A stretch of 64,000 bases of DNA from a virus: IMG/VR virus record IMGVR_UViG_3300031999_000008, positions 1-64,000 of that record; one strand, written 5' to 3'. The stretch's first letter is position 1, and every line of letters begins with the position of its first letter. The position numbers and the translations under genes are program-made. The notes under the pieces are model-generated. The model had not been told where the DNA came from and searched no databases. It was given only the letters and a program-made list of their open reading frames with translations. Shown in pieces: positions 47,221 to 57,053 of the stretch.

Positions 47221-48053
47221 TGCGAGTCACAATTACACGCACCGTGCCCGTTCTCCGAGATCCTAAAGATCACGGCGTGTTCGTACAATGGGATGTACAC
47301 GAAGCGCCTTCTGCCGAGCTCACGTTCAAACTCGAACATGCCGCAGCACCTGAAGGTCCATTTGACGTAGTTATTGACGGGCTAAAAGGATTCTACTTCT
47401 TCGATAAGTTCAGAGGTACCCCGATACCGCCCGCGGGTGCGACACGTGAAAACATCAATTATTTGTCGATTACGCGTTCATACTATTACCGAATAACGGC
47501 CACCGCAAGCAACGGTGATACTGCACAACACGTCCTAGATTTACAAAATACGCTATCACCGCGCAGGGCTCGGTTACAGCGTAAAATGCTTCGCGATCTA
47601 TCGATTGGTTTCAAGTTTAACGGTACCGACACATACGTTTTAAAGCGAAAACATTGGGGCATTCGGTGCCGCAAATGCTTCGATGTACTCACGAAAAAAG
47701 TAACAAATAGTAAGTGTCCTGTTTGTTACGGCGTAGGTCTTGAAGGGGGCTTTGAGAATCCTGTACTCATACGTGGACGCTTCTGCGCGCCCAATTCGAA
47801 TACGGATCTTACGCCGCAGGGTTTGAGTGATGTAACGAAGGTCCGTTTTCTATGCTCCGATTATCCAAACGTAGATCCCTTGGATATTCTCGTAGACAAG
47901 AAGCAGAATCAACGATTCATCGTGCAACAACAAGCTCAAACAGAGCTACAACGTAATACAGTTCATCAATCCCTCGTTGTTAGCCAATTGGCCCAGGATT
48001 CGATCGAATATCGAATTCCTGTAAATGCTGACACCGCGCCGGTAATCTACTAA
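47220..48053 (+). CDS. Neck/head-closure protein (FN3-like + Zn finger), putative
   Basis: YYYRITA, CRKC..CPVCYGVG..GG. Confidence 0.6.
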   Translation: MRVTITRTVPVLRDPKDHGVFVQWDVHEAPSAELTFKLEHAAAPEGPFDVVIDGLKGFYFFDKFRGTPIPPAGATRENINYLSITRSYYYRITATASNGDTAQHVLDLQNTLSPRRARLQRKMLRDLSIGFKFNGTDTYVLKRKHWGIRCRKCFDVLTKKVTNSKCPVCYGVGLEGGFENPVLIRGRFCAPNSNTDLTPQGLSDVTKVRFLCSDYPNVDPLDILVDKKQNQRFIVQQQAQTELQRNTVHQSLVVSQLAQDSIEYRIPVNADTAPVIY

Positions 48054-48721
48054 TGGCCGGTAATGAAACACGTGCAGTACGGCCACGCACTCCGCAAGAC
48101 CACCTTAAGGTGGCTGCAGGGTCTGCATTGGCTATTCAAGGTATTTTCCTTGAAATTATACGTGAACGCTTCAGGCCTGACGCAGGTCTTGAATGGTATT
48201 GGGATCCAGATCCCACGCTTACAAAAATACTCATTGAAACTAGCCTAAACGAAGAGATCAATACGCGCAATCAAGCGCCAGCCGTTTACGTAACCAGACT
48301 GCAGTCAACGCCTACAAAAATGGCTGTAGGTGACCGTGCAGAGGTCAATCTTCCGGACCACAAAGAATTATTCAAAGCGCTTATGCGCGTCGATATGCAG
48401 TTAGAGTGTGTTAGCAGCGACGAAGGTGAAAGCACCGTACTCGGTGATATCGTCCAATTTATGATTCTTGCATCACAGGATGTGATCCAAAAAGCATTCG
48501 GGTTACATAACTTCACGCACCCAATACTCGGGCAAGTAACCCCTCAGTCAGAAGACCAAACGCATTGGATGACCCCGATTAGTTTTTCTATCGAATTCTG
48601 GATTCATTGGACTCAGGTCCCGATTGCCCCCTTGCTACAACAGCTAAACGAGAAAGTCCAGATTAGCGGTACAGACGTGTTTCGGCAAACTGTGCTAAAT
48701 TCTATGCGCCGAGCACCCTAG
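48053..48721 (+). CDS. Tail terminator/completion protein, paralog 1 (putative)
   Basis: Paralogous to 48732; positioned before the sheath. Confidence 0.6.
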   Translation: MAGNETRAVRPRTPQDHLKVAAGSALAIQGIFLEIIRERFRPDAGLEWYWDPDPTLTKILIETSLNEEINTRNQAPAVYVTRLQSTPTKMAVGDRAEVNLPDHKELFKALMRVDMQLECVSSDEGESTVLGDIVQFMILASQDVIQKAFGLHNFTHPILGQVTPQSEDQTHWMTPISFSIEFWIHWTQVPIAPLLQQLNEKVQISGTDVFRQTVLNSMRRAP

Positions 48722-48731
48722 CGAGGTCCCT

Positions 48732-49793
48732 GTGGCAGGACATGAGCACAGCCTCGTAAGGCCCAAACAGTTCGTACAGGATCCGTTAAAAATAGCCGCG
48801 GGGTCACCGCTTGCTATTCAGGGCGTATTCTTAGAAATCATCCGTGAGCGCTTTCGCGCTGATGCGGGTATCGGTTTAATCTGGGATCCTGATTTAACCA
48901 CGACCTCCATACTTATTGAGGCGGGCTACAACGAAGAAGTAGAGTCTCGGAATCAGGTTCCCGCAGTATATGTAACGCGTCTACAGACCGTCCCCGGTAA
49001 GATCATGGTGGGTGATCGTGTTGGCGTTCGGCTACCTGATCACTTAGAGGCTTTCGGCGCACTGACCACCGCCGTATTGTCGATTGAATGTGTATCGAAC
49101 GATGAAGGTGAGAGCGCGGTACTCGGCGACATTATCCAGTACATGCTCCTCGCATCGCAAGACGTAATACAGCGTGAATTTGGCTTTTACGACATGTCCC
49201 ACCCGTCGTTAAGCCAGACGCAACCATTTTCGCGTGACCAGACTAAGTGGACAACAACCATCGAGTTCCAGGTCCAATTCTGGATTCGATGGAGCCAGGT
49301 CCCGATTGCGCCCTTACTACAGCAAATCGCGCAACGCGTCACCTTTCACAATAACGACGCTAGTGACCATTTCGTCGATGTAACTATTAACTCGTTGCGG
49401 CGCGGAGAGTTATTCGACCCCGCCGCGCACGCCCCGTGCGTCGATCTACCTCCCAGTCGTGTAAGTATTGTGGGTCCCCCGGGACCTCCGGGGCCCGCAG
49501 GCATCCCTGGCCCGCCCGGAGCGCCTGGAACTACGGTATACCTTCTAATAAATCAGCCCCTTACAGGGCCGATAAACGGTATCAACACAGTTTTTCAGAC
49601 TGCGATTCCGTTTATGCACACAATCCCTGAGCGAGAAATTTTCTACGTAAATGGTGTACGTCAAAGAGATGGCATTGGTAACGACTACAATGTTTCTGAG
49701 TCGGTACCGCTCGCAGGCTTTAATACAATCACCATGGTATATGCGCCTAAAGCTGGCGATGTACTTACGGTAGATTTTTACGCAGCTACCTAG
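48732..49793 (+). CDS. Tail terminator/completion paralog 2 with collagen linker and C-terminal beta domain
   Basis: Shared LAIQG.FLEIIRERFR; GPPGPPGPAGIPGPPGAPG; YVNGVRQ...DY domain. Confidence 0.65.
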   Translation: MAGHEHSLVRPKQFVQDPLKIAAGSPLAIQGVFLEIIRERFRADAGIGLIWDPDLTTTSILIEAGYNEEVESRNQVPAVYVTRLQTVPGKIMVGDRVGVRLPDHLEAFGALTTAVLSIECVSNDEGESAVLGDIIQYMLLASQDVIQREFGFYDMSHPSLSQTQPFSRDQTKWTTTIEFQVQFWIRWSQVPIAPLLQQIAQRVTFHNNDASDHFVDVTINSLRRGELFDPAAHAPCVDLPPSRVSIVGPPGPPGPAGIPGPPGAPGTTVYLLINQPLTGPINGINTVFQTAIPFMHTIPEREIFYVNGVRQRDGIGNDYNVSESVPLAGFNTITMVYAPKAGDVLTVDFYAAT

Positions 49794-49810
49794 TCCCTGA
49801 AAGGCCCGTA

Positions 49811-50698
49811 ATGCGCGCCCTAGTTTTAAGCAGCGGTGGATCACGGGGACAATACCATATCGGTGCACTACGGTATTTATACAAGGAACACGCCGTAAAA
49901 CACCAAATAATTTGCGGCACGAGCATAGGCGCCATTATCGGCAGTTATATCGCACAATATCCTTACGGTCAGGAAACATTCGCGATTGACAGATTGGCCG
50001 AGCTCTTCGAGCGTTTAACCACGGCGGATGTCTATACACGCTGGCACCCCTGGGGGGTGTTAGCGGGCCTGTTTAACCGGTCCAGTTTTTACAATAGCGC
50101 GCCTTTGCGCAAGCTCATTAGTACACACATAGATGTGCACCGCATCCGCGATAGCGGACGTCAAGTACGTATTGGGGCTACGCACATCCAACCCACCGCG
50201 TTAAACACTTCTGGAATTAGTAACTACAACGTCTATACGGAAAAACACCCTGATCTCCTAAAAGCCATCATGGCATCTGCCGCGTTCGCGCCCTTCTTTG
50301 AGGGAGTTGAACTAGATGGCAGCTTAGCTGTTGACGGCGGAGTACAGACAGTCACACCCATCAAGGCAGCTATTGAGGCCGGTGCGACGAATATCGACGT
50401 TGTCATATGTTATCCCATGTATTTAACGTACCCTAAGACGCGCGACCTGACCGCCATCCATCTAGGGCTACATGTTATCGACCTAATGGTCAACCGACTG
50501 ACATGGATCGACATTGAGCGTACGCTCTTCATAAATTCGTTGGTCCAGGCAGGCCACGCCACGAAAGCGCGATACGTCGCGCTAAACATTATCCACCCCG
50601 ATGTGGATCTCGAAGTTAATTCCCTGGAATTCCTTCCCAAGGATGCAGCCCGCTTACAAAAAAAGGGCTGGGATGACGCGAAACTAGTGCTTAAGTAG
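49811..50698 (+). CDS. Patatin-like phospholipase
   Basis: LVLSSGGSRG oxyanion loop, GTSIG nucleophile, VDGG. Confidence 0.92.
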   Translation: MRALVLSSGGSRGQYHIGALRYLYKEHAVKHQIICGTSIGAIIGSYIAQYPYGQETFAIDRLAELFERLTTADVYTRWHPWGVLAGLFNRSSFYNSAPLRKLISTHIDVHRIRDSGRQVRIGATHIQPTALNTSGISNYNVYTEKHPDLLKAIMASAAFAPFFEGVELDGSLAVDGGVQTVTPIKAAIEAGATNIDVVICYPMYLTYPKTRDLTAIHLGLHVIDLMVNRLTWIDIERTLFINSLVQAGHATKARYVALNIIHPDVDLEVNSLEFLPKDAARLQKKGWDDAKLVLK

Positions 50699-50713
50699 TA
50701 AAAACCCCGTTGC

Positions 50714-50742
50714 TTGTAGGAGAATCCTAGATTCCCTATAAT
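50714..50742 (+). promoter_or_regulatory. Late-type sigma70-like promoter (tail operon)
   Basis: TTGTAG-N17-TATAAT. Confidence 0.75.
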
Positions 50743-50787
50743 CCCACACAAATACGCTGCTTTTATTGAGCAAGCCGGAGCTAGACA

Positions 50788-53517
50788 ATGGTACGACCGA
50801 TTGTTCTACTTTTTCAAGAGTTTGCGACGCTGTCCGCGACACCCACGACGCCCGATCTTAACTGCGTCATCGTCGGACCGGCTTACGCAATCCAAGATTA
50901 CCTTACAGACAAGGTAAATATCGAAGTATCGGCGTATGGCACGCTCCAGGCAGGTGTGAGCTACGTACCTCCGGTCGCGAACGTTGCTGCGATTACGCTA
51001 GCTGCTCCGCCTGGCCTGCCTGCAGGCGGCTGGGTTGATCCGGCGTCGGTAAAAGTGTACTTCGATGAAGTACGCGTCAAGATGATCAGCGGTACCGACG
51101 GTACATGCACCATCAATGACAATTTGCTGACCTCAGCGGGCGCTACGTTCGCGACCACAGGTGTGCAAGCAGGCGACGTCGTAATCGTTGACGACCCCAC
51201 AACGGTGACCCCGAGCCTCATTCTCACGATCGTGAGTCTGGCAGGTGAGACAGGACTTCGGCTGTCTCGTAATTTCACGGCCACCAACGGTGCCTCCCTC
51301 AATTACCGCGTCGAACGCCGCCTGACCAATCAGTTGATTGACAGCGCGTTTGTAGTCCTTCCGACGTACCGTCAATCCAACGAAATCCAAATCCTGGGTG
51401 GAGTTACGTGTGTTGTCGGCACCACGCCTCGTCTCGTTATGTACGCTCGCGTTTACGTCGCGTCACGCGCGTATCGCACCGACTTGCAGTCGCTTGATAG
51501 CGTCAATTCGACCACAGATATCACGACCAAACTCGGGCCAATTGACAGCCGCAACCCGCTGGCTGCGGCGGTTTACGTTGCTAAACAAAACGCCGGCCAA
51601 GCTCCTGTTCAATTTTACGGCGTAGTCTCGGATGATCTCACGGGCTACAATTTAGCCAAGGATGCGATCTCCACCGACGACAGCATTTATGCGATTGTCC
51701 CTCTTACTTCGGACATCACTGTCACTGCAGCCTTCAAGGTTGAAAACGACACGCTCGCAGATCCGACCGCAGCGCTGAATACAGGCGTGCCGCAGAAACT
51801 GCGGGTGGTTATCGGTTCGGGTGCTCTGACTGCACAGAAGACTGTCGTAGATCAGAATACGGATGCCACTGCGGAGCAACTTACAGGTGCGCTCCCCGGC
51901 GGTGGCGTAAAAAACATCACGCTGGCGTCGCCCTTTAACGCGCTCACTAGCAACCTCAGGCCGGGTGACAAACTCGTTTTGTCGGCGAGCGAAAACGTCG
52001 CACCGCTTGATGGTACGTACACGATTGCGCATATCAACAGCGCGACATCTGTCGAAGTAAACGAAGCTACCGCTGCGGTTGCCGTCGTGGCTGCCGAAGG
52101 CGTCAATTACACGGTTACGCGTCCTTCGACGGGCGCTACGATTATCGCCCTCGTCGATAACCGGGCGTCCCTGACGGCTGCTGCGACCACATTCAAATCC
52201 CGCGTCGCAGGTATTACACCGGGTGCGCGCACCATTGCACTCGTACAGAACGGTACGACTGCGAATGGGATCTTTAGCATCGTCGAAGTAGCTGGCGTTT
52301 CGACAATCGTGAACGGTGACTTCACGTCTACCAACATTTCTTCGCAAGAATTGGTAGACGCGATTAATACCGGTGCAGGCGTAACTACGTCGTTCTCGGG
52401 GTCGATCAATCTCGTCGCCTCAACTTCGTCGGGAGCAACTGCGCAAGTAGCCTTCGCATCGGCGGCACTTTCGACGGGTACTGCCGGTATTGACGCGCTC
52501 ACATCTACTGCTGCACTCGATGCGGTGTTCATCAAACTCTTCGATTCGAACGCGACGTTCATCACTGCGGGCGTGCTTGCGGGTGATATTATCGAAGTGC
52601 CTAGCAACCCTAACGGGTCGTTCAGCACGAACACCAAGCAATTCGTGGTAGATCAAATCCTCAGCGAGCAGCGTTTACAAATCGCAAATATTGCTTCGGG
52701 GTCTTACGTCAATAACACCTCGACTATCGAGAGCGAGCTCCCGCACCTAGATAATCGTCTGGGCACTGGCACTCTGGTCACGCAGGGTTCTATCCGCTAT
52801 CGCGTAATTCGTAATCTGAGCAAGGACCAGCAGGTCGCTCAATTGGTCACGAATGCGCAAAGCCTGAACTCGCGCCGTGCCATCCTCGTGTGGCCTGACC
52901 TCGTAACAGTATCCGGCTTGGTCGATGGTTCGAAGACGCCGAATTCCGATGGCAGCGCTGCCGCCGCCGACCCGCAACCCGGTTACTACTTGAGTGCCGT
53001 CGTAGGCGGTATGACCGCAGGCCTTCCCAGCCATCAGGGCTTTAGCCGCCTTGGCTGTGCGGGTATCAGCCTTATCTCACACTCCAGTGATTACTTCTCC
53101 GAGAAGCAACTCACGGATCTGTCGGATGGTGGCTGGTATGTATTCGCTCAGAACGCGCCTACGGCCCTGCCCTACAGCATTCACCAATTGACCACGGATC
53201 CCTCGACGTTGCAGTCGGGTGAGTATTCCATCGTAAAAAACTTCGATTTCGTATCGTTGTTCTACCTTGGAATCCTGGAGCCGTTCCTTGGCGTATGGAA
53301 CGTCAATACAGACACACTTGGCTTTATCCGCCAGGCCCTCAACACGGGAACGGAGAATCTTAAACTCCGCCGTGTTGCAAAGATCGGCGCTCCGCTGAAC
53401 TCTGCTACAATCACATCGGTAGCGGTGTCTCCGGCATCGGCAGATCGTGTCGAAGTCTATATTGAAGTAGACCTCCCCAAGCCTTTGAATGTCATCGGCT
53501 TACACCTCGTGGCATAA
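50788..53517 (+). CDS. Contractile tail sheath protein with inserted beta domains
   Basis: 909 aa; YAIVPLT, PGYYLSAVVGG, HQLTT and ..P.PLN.I.L C-terminus; strong codon bias. Confidence 0.8.
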   Translation: MVRPIVLLFQEFATLSATPTTPDLNCVIVGPAYAIQDYLTDKVNIEVSAYGTLQAGVSYVPPVANVAAITLAAPPGLPAGGWVDPASVKVYFDEVRVKMISGTDGTCTINDNLLTSAGATFATTGVQAGDVVIVDDPTTVTPSLILTIVSLAGETGLRLSRNFTATNGASLNYRVERRLTNQLIDSAFVVLPTYRQSNEIQILGGVTCVVGTTPRLVMYARVYVASRAYRTDLQSLDSVNSTTDITTKLGPIDSRNPLAAAVYVAKQNAGQAPVQFYGVVSDDLTGYNLAKDAISTDDSIYAIVPLTSDITVTAAFKVENDTLADPTAALNTGVPQKLRVVIGSGALTAQKTVVDQNTDATAEQLTGALPGGGVKNITLASPFNALTSNLRPGDKLVLSASENVAPLDGTYTIAHINSATSVEVNEATAAVAVVAAEGVNYTVTRPSTGATIIALVDNRASLTAAATTFKSRVAGITPGARTIALVQNGTTANGIFSIVEVAGVSTIVNGDFTSTNISSQELVDAINTGAGVTTSFSGSINLVASTSSGATAQVAFASAALSTGTAGIDALTSTAALDAVFIKLFDSNATFITAGVLAGDIIEVPSNPNGSFSTNTKQFVVDQILSEQRLQIANIASGSYVNNTSTIESELPHLDNRLGTGTLVTQGSIRYRVIRNLSKDQQVAQLVTNAQSLNSRRAILVWPDLVTVSGLVDGSKTPNSDGSAAAADPQPGYYLSAVVGGMTAGLPSHQGFSRLGCAGISLISHSSDYFSEKQLTDLSDGGWYVFAQNAPTALPYSIHQLTTDPSTLQSGEYSIVKNFDFVSLFYLGILEPFLGVWNVNTDTLGFIRQALNTGTENLKLRRVAKIGAPLNSATITSVAVSPASADRVEVYIEVDLPKPLNVIGLHLVA

Positions 53518-54344
53518 TGACCCGGTTTCACGCGGAACCTACGATACCAAAAACCTTCGTAGCCCCTTTCCAAAAGGTGGCTATCTTTGGTTTTTTGACG
53601 CGTACGCTTCCACGTTTAGCCGGGCGTGCGTTTAGCGGTCTGACCCCTACAAGCCTTGCCCGTCCATTTCACCCCGCAGCGACCGGCCTAGAGCGCGGTA
53701 TTATTGCAGGGGGAAATAAACTATTGAGTCCGGAGCACGCCGCGACCTTCGCGCGCACTATGCGCGGAGTACCTCGAAACGCTATTCGAGAGGCTATTAG
53801 CAACAGCCTTATCGGAGGTGCTTTGGAGGGAGGTATTGGTGCGTATACTGCAGACCCCGGACAAGGTGCTGCCGGCTTTATGCAGGGTTTTGGATCCGGT
53901 GCTGCATCAGGTGCGGTGTTCGGCGGGATATCTGGTGCAGCAGGCGGCGCAGTACGTAATATGCGCGGCATTAACATGTCAGGCCTCGCTAAGCAGCACG
54001 GCATGGCCCGTCCCGAAATGGCTAAAAAAGTAAAAGGCATGGGCACATGGGACGCCCTCAAAGGCTCCTTTGGTAAGACCGATGGCTTAGACAGACAAAT
54101 TGCCCGCCACAAAACGATAGGTGGCATCGGTCAGCTGGGCGCCGAGATGGCTCTGCCCATGGCGCTTCTTCCAAGTGCTTCTGAGCCGGAACCGCCGCCG
54201 CCTGCCCCGTCGATACCCAAACCCCCTACTTTTGCGCCCAATACGCCTTCGGTCTACTCTCAGCCCCAAGGTTTTAAAGGCGGCTCAGTCTCTTCTCTAC
54301 TCAAGCCCATCGATTTAACAAAGATCCCAAGCTATCATAGGTAG
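53517..54344 (+). CDS. Glycine-zipper cargo protein between sheath and tube
   Basis: TAATG coupling; FQKVA followed by a long GxxxG/A tract. Confidence 0.7.
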   Translation: MTRFHAEPTIPKTFVAPFQKVAIFGFLTRTLPRLAGRAFSGLTPTSLARPFHPAATGLERGIIAGGNKLLSPEHAATFARTMRGVPRNAIREAISNSLIGGALEGGIGAYTADPGQGAAGFMQGFGSGAASGAVFGGISGAAGGAVRNMRGINMSGLAKQHGMARPEMAKKVKGMGTWDALKGSFGKTDGLDRQIARHKTIGGIGQLGAEMALPMALLPSASEPEPPPPAPSIPKPPTFAPNTPSVYSQPQGFKGGSVSSLLKPIDLTKIPSYHR

Positions 54345-54357
54345 CGAGGAGCCCCAC

Positions 54358-55140
54358 ATGCCTATCGGTATTGCACGTAATTTAACCACATGGAAGTTCC
54401 AAGACACGTACGTGGAACGCGTGATGGATAACGCCGCATATACGTCGGCCCATCCTGATGACACGCTGGTGTTGGCAGGGCCCTCACGTAGCACCGGAGC
54501 TCAGGGGAGCGATACCACAGGCTCGGGGTCCCTACTTGCTATTGGCATGATGCAGAATTTAAACATCAGTCAAGTAAAATCGACAACGCCTGTAATGGCG
54601 ATCGGTTCAGGGCGCTCGTTCTTCGTGAGCGGCAAAGCGCAGGGTAACGGCAGTATTGCGCGTCTGTTCGTCAATGGACGCAATCTACTCCGCGTCCTTT
54701 ACCATAACGCACAGTCAAGTGATATAAACGTCGGCGCATTCGATGACAAACCGGCGGATCATACGACGTCACAGTTCTACATCAACCTGGACTCTGAACT
54801 TTACTACATCCCCTTTGGTCTTGCCGCCGTCTTCCGTACCAAGGCCCATGACGTTGTGGGCGGCTTTTACGCCGAATTAACCATGATTCAGTCTTACAAT
54901 ATTAGCATTCAAGCCGGTGCTAATATGATTGCTGAACAGGTCTCTTTCATGTTTGACCGTCTCATGCCGTACAGTGTTGCGAGCGTGTCGGCCACTGGTC
55001 AAGTTCCCCGGAGTACCCTGGATGCAATTGCAGGCTTCGTAGACCCGGATCTGTCCACCGCCGCCAATTCGGGAAGCCTCACTGAGAACACAATCGGTGA
55101 CTTTAGTAACGGCATTCCCACGAACTTTGTAAGTGCCTAA
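54358..55140 (+). CDS. Tail tube protein
   Basis: IGMMQNLNISQ..PVMAIGS pattern, follows the sheath. Confidence 0.75.
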   Translation: MPIGIARNLTTWKFQDTYVERVMDNAAYTSAHPDDTLVLAGPSRSTGAQGSDTTGSGSLLAIGMMQNLNISQVKSTTPVMAIGSGRSFFVSGKAQGNGSIARLFVNGRNLLRVLYHNAQSSDINVGAFDDKPADHTTSQFYINLDSELYYIPFGLAAVFRTKAHDVVGGFYAELTMIQSYNISIQAGANMIAEQVSFMFDRLMPYSVASVSATGQVPRSTLDAIAGFVDPDLSTAANSGSLTENTIGDFSNGIPTNFVSA

Positions 55141-55495
55141 CACCCCCGCCTATACGCACGGCCGCAGACACGCTCAGATTAAACTGGGCGTGTTTGGTGC
55201 TATGCTCGGTGGTGCGGGTGTTGGGGGTCTTGCGGGTTATGTCCTGGCTCCTGAAAATAGAAAAGGGCATGGCGTTATGTATGGCGCTGCCCTTGGTGGT
55301 CTAGGGGCGGGATTGGGCTCCGCAGCAGCCCCTTACATGCATGCCGCCGAGAATCCGGGACTACTTGCACGTACCGGAGTGTCTACGGCGAGTACAGGCC
55401 TCGGTACGCTCGCGGGTATTGGTGCAACGGGGGCTCTTGTAGATAAAACGAACGTACCCACCTCAGATGATCCGTACCACTATCGCTCCAGATAG
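55133..55495 (+). CDS. Leader-bearing glycine-zipper protein
   Basis: AYTHGRRHAQIKLG followed by three Gly-rich hydrophobic helices. Confidence 0.7.
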   Translation: MPNTPAYTHGRRHAQIKLGVFGAMLGGAGVGGLAGYVLAPENRKGHGVMYGAALGGLGAGLGSAAAPYMHAAENPGLLARTGVSTASTGLGTLAGIGATGALVDKTNVPTSDDPYHYRSR

Positions 55496-55508
55496 TTTAT
55501 CGTAGGGC

Positions 55509-57053
55509 ATGCAAAAGCCGCCGGAACTGCCGCCGCAGCCCATACGAATTAATACGCGCGCCGATCTCCCCAACCCTACCGCCTCTCGCGGAGGGATAGG
55601 CGATAAAGCCAAACACGGCGAGACCGGCACAGTTGTCGCTTATTTCTGCGATACGTACATGGCGACAGTGCTTACTAGCACTGGACGTACAGTTACCCTG
55701 CCGCGTATGCGTTCGTCGCCGGGCGACGTTGCGCATTTAGAAGTAGGTACTGAGGTACTGATTAACAACGATTACGGTGCGCCTTTTATCATGGGTATTT
55801 TAACACACCCTGCAGGAGTACCCAGCGATGGTGCGAATCATTCGATCACTGGCATCGAAGGTGTGGGAGGTAATGGTTTAAACCAAGCTAGTACGCAGAC
55901 ACCTGGGAATTACCGGCTTAGAGCCGAGCCTAAAGACTTAATACCCGGTGACTGGGCGCATGTCGGTCCGGATGGAAATTCCGTAGGCGTCCTCGCAGGC
56001 GGCGTGAACGTTATGCGTTCGAGCTCATTGTCGCAGTTCCGTACACACCAAGTAGACGATACGACCGAGATTATATCTCGAAATCATCGGCACATTACCG
56101 ATATGGGTTTCTCTGAAACCCATAACGATAATGGCAGTATCAATTATACGTTTCGGGGTGCATCGGACCAGCGTACGGAGTCGGGTCCTGATGAGGAACG
56201 CTGGACAATCAAACTAGATATGGGTGCCATTGGGGATGTGTTCAATTTTGAATTGTGCACACCTCAAAACCAGACACTATTCAAGTTCCACGTAAATTCC
56301 GATGGCCAGTGTGAAATCTTCGGACTTAATGGAGTCAGCATAAATTCCGGTTCTCAGAACGGAGGAACCAGCGCCGAAGAAAATACCGGAGACAAAGTCT
56401 CCAGCGTTGGGGGTAATAAAACCACAACAATCACGGGTAACTCCACAGAGACCGTGAAAGGTAGCGCAGGTAACCACGCGTACGTTGATCACGAGACTAC
56501 CGCAGGTAATGATATACGAAGTCAAGCATTGCGCGACCATGCAATGTCTGCGGGACGACATATGTACGTATCAGTACAAGGCAGCCCTATCCCAGGGGAC
56601 GCCATGGTGTATGACATCACATCCGGCAATTGGGTCGTGAAAATAGGCGGGCCTTTGTCGCCTGATCCGCTCAGTGCCTTTGATATGCAGACCTACGCAG
56701 GAGATATGAAATTTTCATCTCTCTTAGGAGGTAATTTCAGCGTCACTAGCCCTCTAGGTGTGCTCGAATCCAACACGCGACAGGCCGTATTATCCACGAA
56801 TATGCTCCCTGATTCCGTTATACTTGGTGGAAACGTACTCGTCAGTCATCTTGTTAAATACGAACAACTCGAAGCACACTTACGTATGCTCTACACAATG
56901 CTAGATCTCCACGTACATATCGAAAACGGCACAGCCGTCGCAGCAGGCATCCCAGTGGTAGGCGCAAGCGGTATTCCCGTAGTACCTTTCACGCCGACAC
57001 TTTCCCCTTCAATACTGCTAATGAAAAGTCTGACTACAGGGGTGACACTTTAA
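55509..57053 (+). CDS. Baseplate central spike (gp5/gpV/VgrG-like)
   Basis: N-terminal OB-fold pattern, beta-helix repeats VGGNKTTTITGNSTETVKG, C-terminal HVH. Confidence 0.75.
   Translation: MQKPPELPPQPIRINTRADLPNPTASRGGIGDKAKHGETGTVVAYFCDTYMATVLTSTGRTVTLPRMRSSPGDVAHLEVGTEVLINNDYGAPFIMGILTHPAGVPSDGANHSITGIEGVGGNGLNQASTQTPGNYRLRAEPKDLIPGDWAHVGPDGNSVGVLAGGVNVMRSSSLSQFRTHQVDDTTEIISRNHRHITDMGFSETHNDNGSINYTFRGASDQRTESGPDEERWTIKLDMGAIGDVFNFELCTPQNQTLFKFHVNSDGQCEIFGLNGVSINSGSQNGGTSAEENTGDKVSSVGGNKTTTITGNSTETVKGSAGNHAYVDHETTAGNDIRSQALRDHAMSAGRHMYVSVQGSPIPGDAMVYDITSGNWVVKIGGPLSPDPLSAFDMQTYAGDMKFSSLLGGNFSVTSPLGVLESNTRQAVLSTNMLPDSVILGGNVLVSHLVKYEQLEAHLRMLYTMLDLHVHIENGTAVAAGIPVVGASGIPVVPFTPTLSPSILLMKSLTTGVTL

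Noticed and set aside
49811-50698. CBASS defence operon
   Set aside because: No CD-NTase or Cap2/Cap3 adjacent
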